Shown in pieces: positions 17,850 through 26,858 of a stretch of 64,000 nt of DNA. Every line of letters begins with the position of its first letter. Within the stretch, counting starts at the first letter, position 1. The notes under the pieces were generated by a model. The model had not been told where the DNA came from and searched no databases. It was given only the letters and a program-made list of their open reading frames with translations. The stretch is from contig CANPBX010000004.1 in assembly GCA_947572385.1 (NCBI GenBank), positions 23,262 through 87,261 of the forward strand, given 5' to 3'. Made by a program: the position numbers and the translations under genes. The stretch is from an uncultured Clostridia bacterium. GTDB lineage: Bacteria; Bacillota; Clostridia; Oscillospirales; Acutalibacteraceae.

Positions 17850-19145
17850 TCAGCCCGGTTTGTAAAGCCCGACTTTTTCCATATTACCCGCCCTCATAAG
17901 CCAAAACAGCGCCAGCACATTCGGCAGGGCCATCAGGCCGTTCATGGCGTCCCCGATAATAAATACCTGGGACAGGGGCATTAGGCACCCGAAAAACGCC
18001 GCAATACCCGCCGCTACAGGGTACACGCCCCCTCCCCTCCCCCGGGTCAAATACAGGAGCCCCTCCCTGCCGTAGCAGCACCAGGCGATAACCGTCGCCA
18101 GGGCAAAGAGCGCCGTACACAAGGACACCGCAGTGCCGCCCAGCTCCCCTAAGGCCGAGCGGTAGGCATAAAATGTGAGCTCCGCCCCGTCGAGTGACTC
18201 CGGCGGGCAGCTGCATAAAATGCAGAGGCCCGTGACCGTGCACATAATAATGGTGTCCGCGAACACCTGGAATATCCCCATGCACCCTATCTCCTCAGGG
18301 GTATGCCCCTTCACATCCGTGTATGCAAAGGCCGAGCTGCCAAGGCCGGCCTCGTTTGTGAATACCCCTCTTGAGACCCCGGCCTTCATAGCCATAAGCA
18401 TACCGGCAGTCCCGCCCGCTCCGGCCCTGAGGGTAAATGCGCCGTCAAAGATCCTCGACACCGCACCGGGCAGGTTCTCCCTGTGTACCCAGAGCACAGC
18501 TACTGACGCCGCGAAGAACAGCAGGGTCATTATGGGCACGAGCTTTTCCGTAAGCCTCCCCGCCGCTTTCAGCCCGCCTCTTGCCACAAAGAACACTAAA
18601 ATGCCCACGGCTGCCGCCACCCACTTTACCGGCAGGCCCAAATCCCCGCAGGCAGAGGCCAGGGCGTTTACCTGGACCATATTTCCCATGGCAAGGGAGG
18701 AGAGCGCGCAGCCCAGGGCGTATACCCCTCCTAGGGCGCCGCCTATTTTGCCCGCCCGCTCTATGTACGAAAGGGGGCCGGAGGCTCTGCTGCCACCCTC
18801 CCTGAATTTTGCAGCAAAGTAATTCTCGGCAAAGACGGTCATCATTCCCAGCACTGCCGAGGCGCACATCCAGAATACGGCCCCCGGCCCGCCCACCGTT
18901 ATAGCCGCCGCCACCCCCACTATGTTCCCTGTGCCGATGGACCCGGCCAAAGCCGTGGTGATGGCCCTCAGTCTCCCGCTCCCCCTCTCCTTCCCGGAGC
19001 CAAGGGCGGCTTTCAGCCAGCGGATCGGATGGAAAAGCTGGAAGAAACAGCTCTCATATGAAAAATACATCCCGGCGGCTAAAATGAGCAGCAGCACAGG
19101 CCAGCCCCATAATACATCCCGCAGGGCCTCGAATACACCCGTCAT
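17850..19145 (-). CDS. Alanine/glycine:cation symporter (AGCS) family transporter
   Basis: GSIGTGNIVGVAAAITVGGPGAVFWM, GVSRGVFTNEAGLGS, VFADTIIMCT. Confidence 0.92.
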   Translation of the reverse strand: MTGVFEALRDVLWGWPVLLLILAAGMYFSYESCFFQLFHPIRWLKAALGSGKERGSGRLRAITTALAGSIGTGNIVGVAAAITVGGPGAVFWMCASAVLGMMTVFAENYFAAKFREGGSRASGPLSYIERAGKIGGALGGVYALGCALSSLAMGNMVQVNALASACGDLGLPVKWVAAAVGILVFFVARGGLKAAGRLTEKLVPIMTLLFFAASVAVLWVHRENLPGAVSRIFDGAFTLRAGAGGTAGMLMAMKAGVSRGVFTNEAGLGSSAFAYTDVKGHTPEEIGCMGIFQVFADTIIMCTVTGLCILCSCPPESLDGAELTFYAYRSALGELGGTAVSLCTALFALATVIAWCCYGREGLLYLTRGRGGGVYPVAAGIAAFFGCLMPLSQVFIIGDAMNGLMALPNVLALFWLMRAGNMEKVGLYKPG

Positions 19146-19639
19146 GGCTCTGCCTCCAGAAAATCCGCCGCCGCTGCCGCCAGCCCCGCCGATATCTGCT
19201 CCGCGCTGTTCACAAGCCAGGCCTCATCCTGGGGGTTATCGTGATAGCCAAGATGTATCAGCAGGGCAGGGACCTTGGATCCGCTCAGCTCAGCCCTTGC
19301 CACGGCGGGCACTGCCTCCACCAAGTCCGGCTGGGGATAGACTTCTCTGATGTATTTTGTGAATATCTCCGCCGCCCTCCTGCCGGCCGGGCTGTACTCA
19401 TAGTAGGACACCTGCGCGCCCTTTATCCTGGCCTCGACCTCCCGGGGGGCCGCATGGCTGCATATATACAGCAGCAGCCCCCAGCCTGCCTCGTCCCCCT
19501 CGTCTCGGCACTTAATGCCCCTGGCCCCCAAATCCGCCCTGAGCTTTTCGGCTATCCGGGCCGTCCAATAGGCCTCGTCCCCGCCGTTGGGGTATTTATC
19601 CGGCCTCTGTGAGGAAATGATACAGACGCTCTCCCTCAT
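19142..19639 (-). CDS. N-acetylmuramoyl-L-alanine amidase-like protein (degenerate)
   Basis: SHAAP, GAQVSYY, PALLIHLGYHDN...D..W resemble Amidase_3 motifs. Confidence 0.6.
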   Translation of the reverse strand: MRESVCIISSQRPDKYPNGGDEAYWTARIAEKLRADLGARGIKCRDEGDEAGWGLLLYICSHAAPREVEARIKGAQVSYYEYSPAGRRAAEIFTKYIREVYPQPDLVEAVPAVARAELSGSKVPALLIHLGYHDNPQDEAWLVNSAEQISAGLAAAAADFLEAEP

Positions 19640-19660
19640 ATTCCTGCCTCCTATATAGAT

Positions 19661-20545
19661 TTACGGTGAAAGCTTCATCCGCTTTTCAAAAAACTCCTTT
19701 GAGCTCATCCCCGACTCCCTTAAAAACCTGCCCAGGCCATAAAGGGACTCCGGGTCCCTGGTGACCGCGCTTATCTTCTCACGGCAGATAAGGCTTGCCG
19801 AGAAGCCGAGCTCCTTTATTATCCCCGGCGTAGACTTGCTCATAGCCCCGAAGGGGTAAGTGAATGTGCTGGGCGCCTCACCCAGGTTTTCCCTAAACGC
19901 CTCCTGCGCCTTACTGATATCCGACGTCAGCCGCTCCCTATAGTCCTCATCAGACTCCCCGGGCCGCTGCTCCGCCCCCTGAGCTCCCCCTTGCTGCCGG
20001 TGCATATCATAGCTGTGGTTCTGCACCTCCACAAGGCCCGAGCCTGCCATCTCCCGCAGCTGTTCCCAGGTGGCGTGGGTATAGTAGGCGTTAGTCTCGC
20101 CGCTCTCACTGTACTGGTCGGCATAGCGCCCGATGGGGGATATCACAAACTTGACCCTATATCTCTTGGCAAGCTCAAAGGCGTAGAGATAGTTATTATA
20201 ATAGCCGTCGTCAAAGGTCAGCAGTATGGGCTTTTCCGGCAGCTCCCCGCCATTGGTATAATTTATAAGGTCTTCCATTAGAATGGTGGTATAGCCGTGC
20301 TCTTTAAGGTACAGAATGTCGTTTTCAAACTCCGCAGGGGATATCACATACTTTCCGTGGTAGGCCCTGTCCTTGAGCACCGAGTGGTACATCACTATAG
20401 GTATGTCCACGCTTCCGGCCCCTGCCATAGCCCTTGCCGTTATCACTGCCGCCGTCCCAAGCAGCACGGTGAGCAGCCCCATGAGCAGCAGCCTTAGGTC
20501 CAGCCTGACAAGGGCATAGAGCCGCCCCTTTTGTCCTGATTTCAT
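19661..20545 (-). CDS. Polysaccharide deacetylase (NodB/CE4), membrane-anchored
   Basis: IPIVMYH, LTFDDGY, NHSYDMH, FTYPFG; N-terminal TM segment. Confidence 0.92.
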   Translation of the reverse strand: MKSGQKGRLYALVRLDLRLLLMGLLTVLLGTAAVITARAMAGAGSVDIPIVMYHSVLKDRAYHGKYVISPAEFENDILYLKEHGYTTILMEDLINYTNGGELPEKPILLTFDDGYYNNYLYAFELAKRYRVKFVISPIGRYADQYSESGETNAYYTHATWEQLREMAGSGLVEVQNHSYDMHRQQGGAQGAEQRPGESDEDYRERLTSDISKAQEAFRENLGEAPSTFTYPFGAMSKSTPGIIKELGFSASLICREKISAVTRDPESLYGLGRFLRESGMSSKEFFEKRMKLSP

Positions 20546-20628
20546 TTGCCCCTCCCCTTCCCTTTTTCTATTTATAAGCCTGCCCGGGGGAAATTATTCA
20601 AATAAATCTGGAAATATGCCCCAAGGCG

Positions 20629-20637
20629 TGATAGAAT
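20629..20637 (+). promoter_or_regulatory. Extended -10 promoter for the HAD-to-MATE operon
   Basis: TGaTAGAAT immediately upstream of MITE copy B. Confidence 0.45.
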
Positions 20638-20645
20638 AGGCATTA

Positions 20646-20747
20646 TAGTAAACACACTTAAAAATCGGTATGTACCGATTTTTAAGCTGGGCGACTACGC
20701 CGCCTGGCTCAAAAGAGGTATCCTACCTCTTTTGAACTGTGTAACTA
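20646..20747. mobile_element. MITE-like element copy B (102 bp)
   Basis: TAGTAAACACACTTAAAAATCGGTA...AACTGTGTAACTA; internal hairpins CTTAAAAATCGGTA/TACCGATTTTTAAG and TCAAAAGAGGTA/TACCTCTTTTGA. Confidence 0.6.
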
Positions 20748-20775
20748 TAGCAGCTATACTGGGAGGTATCGTAAA

Positions 20776-21615
20776 ATGCCCAAGACCCTCTATGTCAGCG
20801 ACCTGGACGGCACGCTCCTGGACCGGCGCGACCGCCTGCCCGACTACACCGTAAGGACCCTCAACGCCCTTCTCCAGAAGGGCATGCTCTTCACCTTCGC
20901 CACCGCCCGCTCCTGGCACTCGGCCCATATCGTCACCGAGGGGCTCTCGCCGGAGCTCCCCTGGATAGTCCATAACGGCTCCATGCTCTGCGACGGCAGG
21001 ACCGGCTCGTGCACGGACCAGGTATTCTTCACCGATGCCGAGCGCCGGGAGATACTGTCCCACTGTGAGGAGCTCGGCCTCTGGCCCCTATGCTACGGCA
21101 TATTGAACGGCGAGGAGAAGGTGTTCTACCTGACCGGCCTTCCCCGCCACCCTGGGATGGAGCGCTATATAAACAACCGCGGGGGAGACCCCCGCCTCAC
21201 ACCCGTAAGCTCCCGGGATGAGCTCTTGCAGGGCAGGACCTACTACTTCACCTTCATACATGACAGGGGATCCCTTGCGCCCCTCTGGGAGCGGGTGAGG
21301 AGCCTGCCATATGTGAGCCTCACCTTCCAGCAGGAGCTCTACAGGGAGGAATACTGGCTGGAGATAACCTCCCGGGAGGCTACCAAGGCCAAAGCTGCCC
21401 TGCGGCTCAAGGAGCGGCTGGGCTGTGATAGACTCATAGCCTTCGGGGACGCCATGAACGACCTGCCGCTTTTTCACGTTGCCGACGAGAGCTACGCCGT
21501 GGAGAATGCCATGCCGGAGGTTATAGCCGCTGCCACAGACATAATCGGAAGCAATGAAGACGGCGGCGTGGCCCGGTTTCTACTGGAGAGATTTCACAGG
21601 GAGGGTGCAATATGA
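20776..21615 (+). CDS. Cof-type HAD-IIB hydrolase
   Basis: SDLDGTLL, ATAR, TKAKA, FGDAMNDL. Confidence 0.92.
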   Translation: MPKTLYVSDLDGTLLDRRDRLPDYTVRTLNALLQKGMLFTFATARSWHSAHIVTEGLSPELPWIVHNGSMLCDGRTGSCTDQVFFTDAERREILSHCEELGLWPLCYGILNGEEKVFYLTGLPRHPGMERYINNRGGDPRLTPVSSRDELLQGRTYYFTFIHDRGSLAPLWERVRSLPYVSLTFQQELYREEYWLEITSREATKAKAALRLKERLGCDRLIAFGDAMNDLPLFHVADESYAVENAMPEVIAAATDIIGSNEDGGVARFLLERFHREGAI

Positions 21616-22139
21616 AAGCGCTCATAAGAATTATACAGGTACTGCTGACAATAGTATGGCTCGGCTTTTTGACCCTATGCCTGCTGCTGTTCCGAAGCAC
21701 CCACAGCAATGGCCTGACTGGGATAGGCGACTGGCGCGGTTATATAGTCGCGGACAATAATATGTCCCCGGAGCTCTCCCCCGGGGATCTGGCGGTGATA
21801 CATATGGGCGAGGCCCCAAAGGCCGGGGACGCGGTTCTCTGTGCCTCCAGCGCCAGTATGCCGGAGCTCACCCGGATAATCGGCACCAGCGAGGGACAGC
21901 TTATACTAAAGCCCGACGGCTCAGAGGAGAGCAGGCTCGCCTCTATGGAGGAAATAGAGGGTGTCTTCTCCGGGTATATCCCGGGCTTCGGGGAGCCGTT
22001 TAGGTTTCTCTCCAGCATAACCGGCGCTATAGTTATATTCATCGCGGGGCTTATACTCATAGTCCTACCGGGATTTTTACTCCGCGCGCCAAAGGTCCCC
22101 AGGCCTGAGAGACAAAGCGCCTATACCCCACGCCACTGA
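21612..22139 (+). CDS. SipW/S26 signal-peptidase-like membrane protein, catalytic residues apparently lost
   Basis: TM, then MSPELSPGDLAVI, GDAV, IPGFG, C-terminal TM: the S26B layout. Confidence 0.6.
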   Translation: MKALIRIIQVLLTIVWLGFLTLCLLLFRSTHSNGLTGIGDWRGYIVADNNMSPELSPGDLAVIHMGEAPKAGDAVLCASSASMPELTRIIGTSEGQLILKPDGSEESRLASMEEIEGVFSGYIPGFGEPFRFLSSITGAIVIFIAGLILIVLPGFLLRAPKVPRPERQSAYTPRH

Positions 22140-22153
22140 GAAAGGAGCGCTTT

Positions 22154-22885
22154 ATGGAACTGCCAAAGAAATATAAGCACGAGTTCCCATACTCCTACGC
22201 CCTCGGGCCGTTCCCCGCCTTCGAGCTGCTGAACTGCCGCCCCGAGAGTGCAAGGGCCGTATACTACCGGGAGGACTTCACCCAGCAGGACAAGCTCACA
22301 GCTCTATGCAAAAAGCTGGGCGTACCCTGCTACTGCTCCCAAAAGGCTCTTGAGCGCATATCCCAAAAGGAGGCCTGCTACGCTGCCGGGAAGTTTGCAA
22401 AGTACGGCGAAAAGCTCTGCCCGGGCCTGCCCCATGTCGCCCTGGTGCACCCCGGAGACATGGGCAACCTGGGGACCATTGAGCGCACTGTTTTAGGCTT
22501 CGGCATAAGGGACCTTGCCCTAATCGGAGGTGGGGCCGACCGCTGGCACCCCAAGGCCGTGCGGGCCTCTATGGGGGCCCTGTTCCGGCTGAGGGTGCAG
22601 GAATTTGAGAGCTTTGACGAGTACCTTGGGGAGTTTAGTGATAATAGGGACGTCTTCCCCTTTATGCTGGACGGGGGCAGGGTGCTGACGCCTGATACCT
22701 GCCCCAAAAGCCCCCTCTATACCCTGGTATTCGGCAACGAGTCCACCGGGCTCCCGCCGGAGTTTCAGCACTATGGGCAGAGCCTGTTCATCGCCCAGAC
22801 AGCCGAGGTGGACTCTCTGAACCTGGCAGTAGCCGTGAGCATAGGCACTTATCTATTTGCCAATCAAAACGGAGGTGCACAATGA
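22154..22885 (+). CDS. TrmH/SpoU family RNA methyltransferase
   Basis: DMGNLGTIER, AVRASMGA, LVFGNESTGL, SLNLAVA. Confidence 0.9.
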   Translation: MELPKKYKHEFPYSYALGPFPAFELLNCRPESARAVYYREDFTQQDKLTALCKKLGVPCYCSQKALERISQKEACYAAGKFAKYGEKLCPGLPHVALVHPGDMGNLGTIERTVLGFGIRDLALIGGGADRWHPKAVRASMGALFRLRVQEFESFDEYLGEFSDNRDVFPFMLDGGRVLTPDTCPKSPLYTLVFGNESTGLPPEFQHYGQSLFIAQTAEVDSLNLAVAVSIGTYLFANQNGGAQ

Positions 22886-23802
22886 GAGAGGTTACAGTGG
22901 CTGTGCTAGCGGATGTGCACGGCAATTACCCGGCCTTGAAGGCCTGCCTTGACTGGGCCCGGAAAAGGAAAATAGAGAAGTACATCTTCCTTGGCGACTA
23001 TATAACCGACCACGCCTACCCCCAGCGGGTGATGGAGCTGCTGTATGATGCGGCGGGCCGGTACGACTGCCGGTTTATCCGGGGTAACCGCGAGGAGTAC
23101 ATGATAAGCTACAGGGCAAACGGCGGCAGAAACGCCGACGGCTCAGTCTGGAGGGACAGCTCCTGCCAGGGGGCGCTCCTCTACTGCTACGAGAACCTGA
23201 CGGACAGGGACATAGACTGGTTTGAGAGCCTGCCCGTCTCCTGCTCCTGGCAGATAGGGGACGCCCCGCCCATAGCCTGCTGCCATGGCTCCCCCGAGCG
23301 CACCAAGGCCCAGATCTTCAGCCCCGGCACCCTCGAGTCCCTTGGGACCGTCCCCGAGCGCATACTCCTGAAAGGCCACAACCATCGCCCCTTCAGCTTC
23401 TGGCACAGGGGGCTCCGGGTGATATGCGCGGGCTCCGTGGGCGCCCCCATCTGCTGCCGCACCCGGCCCGGAGCCATAGAGGTAACAGAGCTTGCCAAGG
23501 TCTCGCAAATGCTCCTCATGCACTATAGGAAAGGCCGCTGGGTCCCTGAGTATGTGTCCGTGCCCTACGACTGGGAGCAGGCAGTCAAAAATCTGGAGAC
23601 CTCCGGGCTCACTGAGCGCGCGCCGGTATGGTCCGCAATGCTCAGGCACAATGTGCTCACCGGCACCGACCCCTTCGGCAGGGTGCCCGCCCGGGCGGTG
23701 GAGCTCTATAAGAATGACTCCGGCATAGAGGCCGGCTGGGCGGATGTGCCGGAAAAATACTGGCAGGACGCCGCCAGAGAGTACAATATAGAACTGTTTT
23801 AG
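22882..23802 (+). CDS. Calcineurin-like metallophosphoesterase
   Basis: ADVHGN, LGDYI, RGNRE, CHGSP, GHNH, GSVG. Confidence 0.88.
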   Translation: MREVTVAVLADVHGNYPALKACLDWARKRKIEKYIFLGDYITDHAYPQRVMELLYDAAGRYDCRFIRGNREEYMISYRANGGRNADGSVWRDSSCQGALLYCYENLTDRDIDWFESLPVSCSWQIGDAPPIACCHGSPERTKAQIFSPGTLESLGTVPERILLKGHNHRPFSFWHRGLRVICAGSVGAPICCRTRPGAIEVTELAKVSQMLLMHYRKGRWVPEYVSVPYDWEQAVKNLETSGLTERAPVWSAMLRHNVLTGTDPFGRVPARAVELYKNDSGIEAGWADVPEKYWQDAAREYNIELF

Positions 23803-23829
23803 TTTAACTTGTTTTGGGAAGGAGAACAT

Positions 23830-25185
23830 ATGTCAAACCGTATCAGAAGCATGACCGAGGGCAGCCCCACCAGGCTGCTCATAACCTTCGCCCTGCCCCT
23901 TATGCTGGGCAACGTCTTTCAGCAGCTGTACACCGTGGTAGACACCGCCGTGGTAGGACATGGGGTGGGGGTCGAGGCCCTTGCGGCCATAGGCGCGGCA
24001 GACTGGCTGAACTGGCTGGTATTAAGCGTTGTCCAGGGCTTTGCCCAGGGCTTTTCCATACTTATGGCCCAGCACTTCGGGGCAAAGGACTATAGGGAGC
24101 TCTCCCGGACCGTGGGAGCCTCCACCACCTTATGCGGCATTGCCGCCGTAGTGATGCTGGCGCTGAGCCAGGGACTTTCAGAGCCGGTATTAAGACTTTT
24201 GAACACCCCTGGAGATATAATCGGGGACTCTCTTTTATACCTGCGCATAATCTTTGCGGGAATACCTATAATCACCGCCTATAACCTTTTGGCCTCCATA
24301 CTGCGGGCCCTGGGGGACAGCAAAACTCCGCTCTATGCCGTAGTCGTCGCCACGGTAGTGAACATAGGGCTGGACCTCCTGTTCGTGCTGGGCTTCCACT
24401 GGGGTATAGCCGGGGCGGCGGGGGCCACTATCATAGCCCAGGCCGTGTCCACGGTGTACTGCTATATAAACGTGCGCCGGGTCAGCATACTTGAGCTGCG
24501 TCCCGAGGATTTTAAGCTGGGGAGGGCTATCACAGGGGCGCTTTTGAAGCTGGGCTCCCCCGTGGCGCTGCAGAACGCCATAATCTCCGCCGGGGGCATG
24601 GTGGTCCAGTCCGTGGTGAACCGCTACGGTATGCTCTTTATCGCCGGCTTCACCGCCACCAACAAGCTCTACGGCCTTCTGGAGATAGCCGCCACGTCCT
24701 ATGGATATGCGGTCACCTCCTTCGTGGGGCAGAACCTGGGCGGAGGGCTCTTTGCCCGCATAAGAAAGGGTATGCGCTCGGCGGCGGTCATCGCCCTTAT
24801 CACCTCGGCGGTGATAGCCGCGGCCATGCTGCTTCTCGGAAAGCTCTTCCTGGGGCTTTTCATTTCCGGCACAACCGAGGAGGTCTCGGCCTCCATGGAC
24901 ATCGCCTATAAGTACCTGGCCATAATGAGCCTGTTTTTGCCGGTGCTCTATATGCTGCACATCTACCGCTCGGCCCTGATGGGCCTGGGAGACACGGTGG
25001 TGCCCATGATATCCGGCTTTGTGGAGATGGTAATGCGGGTGGGCATAGCCCTATTGCTGCCCCTTCTGCTTACGGACGGCATATACTACGCCGAGGTGGG
25101 GGCCTGGACCGGGGCGGCGGTGCTGCTCACATTGGCTTACTTTGTACGCATGAGGAAATATCCTCTCGCAGATAAAAAAACTTAA
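23830..25185 (+). CDS. MATE family efflux transporter
   Basis: PLMLGNVFQQLYTVVDTAVVG, RALGDSKTPL, VGQNLGG; 12 TM; start at ATG 23830. Confidence 0.95.
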   Translation: MSNRIRSMTEGSPTRLLITFALPLMLGNVFQQLYTVVDTAVVGHGVGVEALAAIGAADWLNWLVLSVVQGFAQGFSILMAQHFGAKDYRELSRTVGASTTLCGIAAVVMLALSQGLSEPVLRLLNTPGDIIGDSLLYLRIIFAGIPIITAYNLLASILRALGDSKTPLYAVVVATVVNIGLDLLFVLGFHWGIAGAAGATIIAQAVSTVYCYINVRRVSILELRPEDFKLGRAITGALLKLGSPVALQNAIISAGGMVVQSVVNRYGMLFIAGFTATNKLYGLLEIAATSYGYAVTSFVGQNLGGGLFARIRKGMRSAAVIALITSAVIAAAMLLLGKLFLGLFISGTTEEVSASMDIAYKYLAIMSLFLPVLYMLHIYRSALMGLGDTVVPMISGFVEMVMRVGIALLLPLLLTDGIYYAEVGAWTGAAVLLTLAYFVRMRKYPLADKKT

Positions 25186-25195
25186 ACCGTCTCAT

Positions 25196-25222
25196 TGCAT
25201 AGCGCAGCCTGGCTGTGCTATG
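25196..25222. terminator. Hairpin between the MATE and ATL genes
   Basis: GCATAGCGCAGC-CTG-GCTGTGCTATGC 12-bp stem; weak U-tract, so it may instead be a processing or stabilising hairpin. Confidence 0.4.
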
Positions 25223-25244
25223 CTTGTCTTAAGGAGATGATTTT

Positions 25245-25733
25245 ATGGCAAACGAGGAGAAGAAGGATTTTAACGCCATGCTTCACGACAGCAAGGATAT
25301 GCCCAAGGTGCAGATAGTCACGGACACGGGGACCATTAAAAAGTACGGCGGGGACAGGATGTACTTTGCGCCGCCCATGGAATATGACCGGGCCATGAGG
25401 AGGGTGCCAGAGGGTAAGCTCGCCACCATAACGGACATAAGAGCCTACTTTGCCAGAGCCAACGGCGCCGACTTCACGGAGCCGATCACGGCGGGGATAT
25501 TCGTGTCCATCGCCGCCTGGGCCAGCTTTCAGCGGGGCGAAGACGAGACCCCCTACTGGCGCACACTGAAGGCCGGGGGAGAGCTGAACCCAAAGTATCC
25601 CGGGGGAATAGAGGCCCAGAGGGAGAGGCTTGAGGCAGAGGGGCATATAGTGGTGCAAAGGGGCAGGAGGAATATCAGGTACTATGTGAAGGATCATGAG
25701 GGGGCGCTGTACTCCTTTGAAGACCGCAACTGA
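25245..25733 (+). CDS. MGMT-family alkyltransferase-like (ATL) protein
   Basis: VPEGKLAT, PYWRTLK in place of PCHRV, Q..RLEAEG. Confidence 0.8.
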   Translation: MANEEKKDFNAMLHDSKDMPKVQIVTDTGTIKKYGGDRMYFAPPMEYDRAMRRVPEGKLATITDIRAYFARANGADFTEPITAGIFVSIAAWASFQRGEDETPYWRTLKAGGELNPKYPGGIEAQRERLEAEGHIVVQRGRRNIRYYVKDHEGALYSFEDRN

Positions 25734-25790
25734 TATCAAGCGATCTGCCCACGCCTTTTGCTATACTAATCTCAGCTAAGAGGTGATACC

Positions 25791-26741
25791 ATGTACCACA
25801 GCAACGAGACAGTGCAGAGGATGATAGAGTGGCTTGAACAGAACCTTTCGGGGGAACCGGGGCTTCTCCCGCTGTCGAAGTACGTAGGGTATTCTCCCTG
25901 GTACTGCTCGGCGCTGTTCCATCAGATCTGCGGCATGACCCTGCGAAGCTACGTGGCAAAAAGACGGCTGACCATGGCGGCGCTGGCCCTTAGGGACGAA
26001 AATTCCCGCATACTGGACGTAGCCCTGGACTCCGGGTTCTCCTCCCAGGAGGCTCTTACAAGGGCCTTTAAGGAGGCCTTCGGGTGCACCCCCCGGGAGT
26101 ACAGGCTGAGCCCCCGGTCCCTGCCGCTGTTCGTGAGCCACGACGTGTTTCACCCCTGGCAGTATGCACAGCAGTATAAAAAAGGAGGCAGAGACATGAG
26201 CAAAGGCGATTTGAGAGATGCAAGAATGAGGGTGGAGTACATCCCCGCCCACAAGTACATGGGTATCTGGGACAATGTGGCTACCTGCTACGGCACCTTC
26301 TGGGCGCGCCACAACTGCGACGAGGTCTGCGGCATAATTGAGAGCATGACGAACGCGGCCCACCCGGTGGTGACCCCCCATACTGCGGGCTGGCACTATG
26401 TGAACGGAGAGCGGCACTACTTCTACGGCATGGGGTTGAGGGATGATTATGACGGCCCGATATCCGACGGATTTGAGGTGCGGGAGTTCCCGGGGAGCTA
26501 CTATCTTGTGTTCTATCACCCGCCCTTTGACTATATGGAGGATAACGGCGAGGTGATGGGCAGGGTAGAGGAACTTGCCTGGAGCTACGACCTCAGCAGG
26601 GACCATGTGGACCCCAGCTGGCTGAGCTCGGCGTCAGGCGCGGGGAGGTTCCTGTGGAACGAGGATGCCTGCCAGTGCTATCAGCGGCATTACCCGGAGG
26701 GGATAGGGTACGAGGTGTTAAGGCCGGTGAAGCTGCGGTGA
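25791..26741 (+). CDS. AraC family regulator (N-terminal double HTH + C-terminal effector domain)
   Basis: YSPWYCSALFHQICGMTLRSY...RRL, ILDVALDSGFSSQEALTRAFKEAFGCTPREYR. Confidence 0.9.
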   Translation: MYHSNETVQRMIEWLEQNLSGEPGLLPLSKYVGYSPWYCSALFHQICGMTLRSYVAKRRLTMAALALRDENSRILDVALDSGFSSQEALTRAFKEAFGCTPREYRLSPRSLPLFVSHDVFHPWQYAQQYKKGGRDMSKGDLRDARMRVEYIPAHKYMGIWDNVATCYGTFWARHNCDEVCGIIESMTNAAHPVVTPHTAGWHYVNGERHYFYGMGLRDDYDGPISDGFEVREFPGSYYLVFYHPPFDYMEDNGEVMGRVEELAWSYDLSRDHVDPSWLSSASGAGRFLWNEDACQCYQRHYPEGIGYEVLRPVKLR

Positions 26742-26749
26742 CATAGTGT

Positions 26750-26823
26750 AAAATGTTTCGTGGACTTCCTTTCGTAAAGTCTGCCTTTTCAAAGGCGACA
26801 CCCAAGGTCTTGCGCGGCAGCGC
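26750..26823 (-). repeat. REP-like hairpin repeat copy 2 (divergent, longer)
   Basis: AAAATGTTTCGT...GCCTTTTCAAAGGC...GGCAGCGC matches both ends of the reverse complement of 45539-45589. Confidence 0.45.
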
Positions 26824-26832
26824 AAAAAAATC

Positions 26833-26853
26833 GGCAGACCGTCAAGGTCTGCC
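26833..26853. terminator. Bidirectional terminator
   Basis: GGCAGACC-GTCAA-GGTCTGCC between convergent genes, with A/T flanks. Confidence 0.7.
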
Positions 26854-26858
26854 TTAAT

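Noticed and set aside
20570-20600. Sporulation sigma-E/G promoter for the deacetylase operon
   Set aside because: GAATA...TATAAAT spacing fits neither consensus cleanly
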